A DNA stretch of 64,000 bases from Candidatus Poribacteria bacterium (lineage in GTDB: Bacteria; Poribacteria; WGA-4E; WGA-3G): positions 3,520,001-3,584,000 of the forward strand of contig OZ244048.1 in NCBI GenBank assembly GCA_965215265.1, read 5' to 3'. Positions 59,917 to 64,000 of this stretch are shown here, one piece after another. The translations under genes and the position numbers were made by a program. The notes under the pieces were generated by a model. It did not search any database. It saw nothing but the letters and a program-made list of their open reading frames with translations, and had not been told where the DNA came from. Every line of letters begins with the position of its first letter. The stretch's first letter is position 1.

Positions 59917-60939
59917 CTAGACAGACGCGACCTTCTCCTCATCCCAAGGTAAAGGAATACCGAGTCTTTCACTAACAGCCCGCGCCGACGCTTGTTCCAT
60001 CTCCCCGTATCGGATTCCGTCCTGTCTGTGAAGTTCTGTCTGCTCCAGTTCGATGGCACCTGGAAGAAGTGCCTTATCTGTCCCGGGCATCGGTTCATAG
60101 GTATTGCGTACATCACGTACCAGTCGATCGACTTCAGCATGAAAGAGACCTGGAGAGACAACCGATGCAATATCTATCGCTAATACCATTCCGCCCATGC
60201 GTCCTCCGCTCCACTGGGCGGTGTCTTCCGGGGGTGCTTCCGTGAATCCGGTCAGTGCGCCGCCGAGGAGGCACGCGATAGCGGTGTAACCGATACTCTT
60301 GAAAAAAGCTGCAGGAATAAGTGAAAGCAAGGCATCAAAATCGGGGCCGCGCTGGTAGTCTGCCATGATACATGTCGCTGCATCAAGTACAACAGGCGGT
60401 TCATCTCCGGAGGGGATAGCGAAACAGATCGGCGGGTTCCCGTAGTAGCCGAGTTGCGGCTTCGGTTCTTGATTTTGGGCGTTGCCGTGCTTCTGATAAC
60501 CTTGTACCGAGAAACCGATGCATCCGGCTTCATTGCAGATTCGTGCATAATGTCCGGCGGAGCCGTAATGCCCAATATAGCGTACCAAGCCCATCCCAAT
60601 GCCGACTTCTTTGGCTTTAGCAATAGCGTGTTCGGTTGCGCGTACCATCGGAAGATAGCCAAGTGTCCCGTTTCCATCAAGTACAACAGTCGTTGGAGTT
60701 TCATGGAGAGTCCGGATATCAGGGCGCGGATTGTGGCTCCCGTTTTCAAAGCCGCTACAATAACCGCTCACTGTCCGTGTACCGTGACTACGGACACCAC
60801 GCAAATCGGAATTTACCAGCAGACGGCTAATAAGGGTGGCGTGCGCCTGCGTGAGCCCTACTTTTTCAAAGCAAGCTGTGCTGAAGTTGAGCAGCCGTTC
60901 TTCGTCGACACGAACAAAGGTTTCTGGCGGTTTATTCAT
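59917..60939 (-). CDS. Ldh_2 family (malate/L-lactate/ureidoglycolate) dehydrogenase
   Basis: DLRGVRSHG, LDG...G, HYG, GNPP, LDAAT, LPG. Confidence 0.85.
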   Translation of the reverse strand: MNKPPETFVRVDEERLLNFSTACFEKVGLTQAHATLISRLLVNSDLRGVRSHGTRTVSGYCSGFENGSHNPRPDIRTLHETPTTVVLDGNGTLGYLPMVRATEHAIAKAKEVGIGMGLVRYIGHYGSAGHYARICNEAGCIGFSVQGYQKHGNAQNQEPKPQLGYYGNPPICFAIPSGDEPPVVLDAATCIMADYQRGPDFDALLSLIPAAFFKSIGYTAIACLLGGALTGFTEAPPEDTAQWSGGRMGGMVLAIDIASVVSPGLFHAEVDRLVRDVRNTYEPMPGTDKALLPGAIELEQTELHRQDGIRYGEMEQASARAVSERLGIPLPWDEEKVASV

Positions 60940-61278
60940 CTTTGTCTCCTTTTCTGTCTCTGCGAGCGATAAGACAAGATTGACATGCGTGTCCCGCTGC
61001 CCATCTCATCAGAGACATTTCGGCTCATACGTTTATGGCTCCAGATTTAGTTCTTTCTTTTATTTAACGTTTCTGCTACAATTTATCAGAACTGTTAGGA
61101 AATATTAACAGACATATTCCGGTGTATTAGGTTAACGCCGCCGTAAAGCAAACAACTTTTAGTCAGGTTACCGGACTAATCTATTATTATTATCCTTTAA
61201 TTCGTAAGGATTGTCAAGAAATTTTACAAGATCTGACATAGAGCGAAACTTGCAAGTTTTCCATTATTGAAAAAAACT

Positions 61279-62034
61279 ATGGCATTAATCACAGTAATAG
61301 GGCGAGGTCACTCGGGGACGCGTGCCATTTCTCATACATTATACGCGAGCGGGGTCTTCATGGGCAATCAGTTGAATCCGTCCGGAGATAAGATTCCACC
61401 GCATGAGATGTACGATGCTTGCCGTGTCATCGCACAATACGTCACTTGGAAGGGTGGACTCTGTTGGGATTTTGATGCACTGTTTACTATGCCGATCGAT
61501 CCAGAATTTAAGCGTCTAATCAATGCATATTTATCAGATGTCTTCCGGAGTTCATCTGCTAACAAAGGCTGGAAGATTCCAGAAACGACGCTTGTCTACC
61601 CGTGGATAGCCCGGATGTTTCCGCAGATAAAGTTTATCCATTGGATTCGCGATCCGAGGGATTGTATCCGTGGTGCACACAAAACGGACGATTTGCGTAA
61701 ATTTGGTATTAATTACCCGCGAACTGATAATGTCTATGAAATGCGGGCGATTTCTTGGTACTATCAATATCAGTTGATGAAAGCAACACTGACTCCTGAA
61801 AACGTCATTCAAATCCGATTTGAAGATTTTGTTTTGAAACAGGAAGAGACGCTCAAACGGCTCGAGACATTTCTAGGGATTCCGCTGGGACGGATTGTCG
61901 TGCGGCAAGACGCTGTCGGGCGCTGGAAAGGTGATCTTGTTGATGGAGCATTTTTACTTCCCTACGATTTTGAATTCCTTGAACCAGCAATCGTGGAAAA
62001 TGGCTATCCAACCACAGCCAATTTTACCGCGTAG
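61279..62034 (+). CDS. Sulfotransferase family protein
   Basis: GRGHSGT PAPS-binding loop, WKIP, IRDPRD, RFEDF. Confidence 0.8.
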   Translation: MALITVIGRGHSGTRAISHTLYASGVFMGNQLNPSGDKIPPHEMYDACRVIAQYVTWKGGLCWDFDALFTMPIDPEFKRLINAYLSDVFRSSSANKGWKIPETTLVYPWIARMFPQIKFIHWIRDPRDCIRGAHKTDDLRKFGINYPRTDNVYEMRAISWYYQYQLMKATLTPENVIQIRFEDFVLKQEETLKRLETFLGIPLGRIVVRQDAVGRWKGDLVDGAFLLPYDFEFLEPAIVENGYPTTANFTA

Positions 62035-62054
62035 CGAGAAAAGAAGGACGAAAC

Positions 62055-63080
62055 ATGTCAAAAAACAGTAATTACCGTGTTGGACTTGTCGGCACCGGCG
62101 GTATCGCCCGGGCACACGGCAAGGCATGTCAATTGGCAGAACATGCCGAATTGGCTGCGATTTGTGATGTATCGGAGCAGGCATTAGCCAATTTCGGTGA
62201 GCAGTTTGAAGTGGCTACTGATAACCGGTACCTCTGTTTAGATGAGATGTTGGCATCTGAAAATTTGGACATTGCAATTATCTGTACTTGGGGTGCCTAT
62301 CACGCTGAAACCGGTATTCAGATAGCTGAGTCCAGAGCGGTTAAGGCGATTTTGTGTGAAAAACCGTTCACTTCAACAGCAGCAGAAGCAGAGGCTTTTG
62401 TAGATGCGGCACAGGCCAATGGAGTGCTCGTCGCGGAGGCCTTCAAGTTCCGGCACCATCCGATGCACCTCAAAGCGAAGGAACTCATCGATTCAGGTGC
62501 AATCGGTGATTTTATGACGCTGCGCAGTACTTTCTGTACAGGTGGTGGTGGCGGCGGTCCAGAGAAACGTCGACCTGAGGCGAATTGGCGGTTCAACAAA
62601 GCAAAAGGGGGCGGTAGTATCTACGACCTCGGTTGTTACTGCATCCACCATGCACGTTTTATGTTTGATGCTGAACCGATTCGGGTTTCGGGTGCGTCGC
62701 AAGCCGGATTAGAAGTCGACGATGCGGCGTATCTACTCTTAGTTTTCCCCGGTAACCGCACTGCGCAGCTCTCTGTCGGCTTTAATTGCGCCGGAGGACA
62801 GTACGTGGAAATGTCCGGTACCGGTGGCATGTGCAGGCTCGACCGGGTGTGGAACAATGAAGATTCTCCTGTTAACATAGAATTGACCACGCGAAATGGA
62901 CACGAAGTCATTGATATTGAACCATGTTTTCAGTTTGCATTACAATTAGAGCATATGTGTGAATGTCTCGCGACAGGAAAACCACATCGTATTTCACCAG
63001 AGAGTTGTGTAAATCAGATGCGGGTCATTGATGCTGCCTTTGAAGCCATGGCAACAGGCAGAACGGTCGAATTGGGTTAG
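62055..63080 (+). CDS. Gfo/Idh/MocA oxidoreductase
   Basis: GTGGIA, CEKP, GGGSIYDLGCY. Confidence 0.9.
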   Translation: MSKNSNYRVGLVGTGGIARAHGKACQLAEHAELAAICDVSEQALANFGEQFEVATDNRYLCLDEMLASENLDIAIICTWGAYHAETGIQIAESRAVKAILCEKPFTSTAAEAEAFVDAAQANGVLVAEAFKFRHHPMHLKAKELIDSGAIGDFMTLRSTFCTGGGGGGPEKRRPEANWRFNKAKGGGSIYDLGCYCIHHARFMFDAEPIRVSGASQAGLEVDDAAYLLLVFPGNRTAQLSVGFNCAGGQYVEMSGTGGMCRLDRVWNNEDSPVNIELTTRNGHEVIDIEPCFQFALQLEHMCECLATGKPHRISPESCVNQMRVIDAAFEAMATGRTVELG

Positions 63081-63148
63081 GTTCCCCAGAACTATGGTAG
63101 TCGGCGAGTGAGCACGTCAGAGCTCACCCACGGAAAATATGTCTATTC

Positions 63149-63231
63149 GTATATCTCCGTACCATCAACCTCTATGTTTTGATAGCTCGTGTATAAATCT
63201 CGTCTGAGCCTCTTGATGTTTTGTCTCTAAA
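63149..63231 (-). repeat. Family-A unit (core 63149-63202)
   Basis: Near-identical to the reverse complement of 38200-38280. Confidence 0.88.
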
Positions 63232-63258
63232 TAGAGAGAAGAGAGAGATGAACAGATT

Positions 63259-64000
63259 ATGGCACATTTTTCTGATATTAAAGTCCTTACGTTTGACTTA
63301 TTCGGAACGATTTTAGACCTCGGTAGTAGCCTTACACCGTTTATTGAAGAATCATTTTTTTGTATATTTCAGCCCGATAACGCCTGATGTATTGTCAATG
63401 ACTGTATAAATCTCGTCTGAGCTTCTTGATGTTTTGACTCTAAATTAAACCCGCCTTAACTGTGCGCGGGGCCAACGTATCGCCGGGTACATTTTGGGAA
63501 CAGTGGCGGTACCGTCAGCGGATTGAGCAATATCAGGACACGATTACGATGCTTGGGCATAGCGGTTATTTAGAAACAGTGCGTCGTGCCTTGCACTATA
63601 CACTGAGAGGCAACGGTGTTGATGCCTCCCCCGAGACTGTAGAAGAATTTATGCAAGGTTGGCATCACCTTTCTCCATTTCAAGAAGTTTTAGTAGCCCT
63701 CAAACGTTTGCAAATTCGCTATCAGTTAGTCGTGCTCTCCAACGGGGATGCGGATTTTTTAGCTTACCTCGTTAGCGAAAGGGTTGATTGGCAATTTGAT
63801 CAGGTAATTTCGGTTACATCCTTCGGCGCGTTTAAACCGCATCCGGCTGTCTACCGCGGTGCTGCTGGAAAACTTGGTGTTGATGTCAACGCGTGCATGA
63901 TGGTATCGGCAAATTCGTTTGACATCATGGGGGCGCGGGCGTGTGGGTACAAAGGTGCATTTGTAAACCGCTATCGCCTACCCTATGAGGATACCCTTTA
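63259..64000 (+). pseudogene. Haloacid dehalogenase type II, interrupted by a family-A insertion (about 63355-63455); runs off window
   Basis: FDLFGTILD motif I, then after the insert WEQWRYRQ..LSNG..FKPHPAVY..VSANSFDIMGA; removing 101 bp restores the frame. Confidence 0.85.

Overview
Bacterial chromosomal window of about 47-50% GC (judged by eye). The gene mix (sulfatase, sulfotransferase, BMC vertex genes, C25 peptidase, many palindromic repeats) suggests Candidatus Poribacteria or a similar lineage, but this is inference. Most of it is housekeeping or metabolic: aroKB, an uncharacterised four-gene membrane operon, NfeD/FloA, sugar kinases, an ECF transporter, hisH, ribDE/BA/H, hemW and thrC. 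Accessory parts are a Type III-like R-M locus whose methyltransferase is split at a G9 tract, a broken IS982, and a small island at 34.5-38.4 kb (dusB 5' scar, ECF sigma factor, secreted proteins, double-HTH terminase-small-subunit-like gene). The main unexplained structure is a dispersed repeat family of about 90-100 bp (family A). It has a gap-free 54-bp core (CGAGATTTAC...GGAGATATAC, often followed by an A-run), with 14 intact cores plus fragments, all noticed after position 33.7 kb. Its 5' part overlaps the stop codon of the double-HTH gene and of a diverged duplicate of that gene's 3' end. Copies have disrupted two genes, sit directly before three start codons, and are themselves targeted by a second palindromic family (family B) that also occurs in-frame inside enzymes. 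The ORF track missed a UGA-containing (selenocysteine) peroxiredoxin-like gene with a SECIS-like hairpin.
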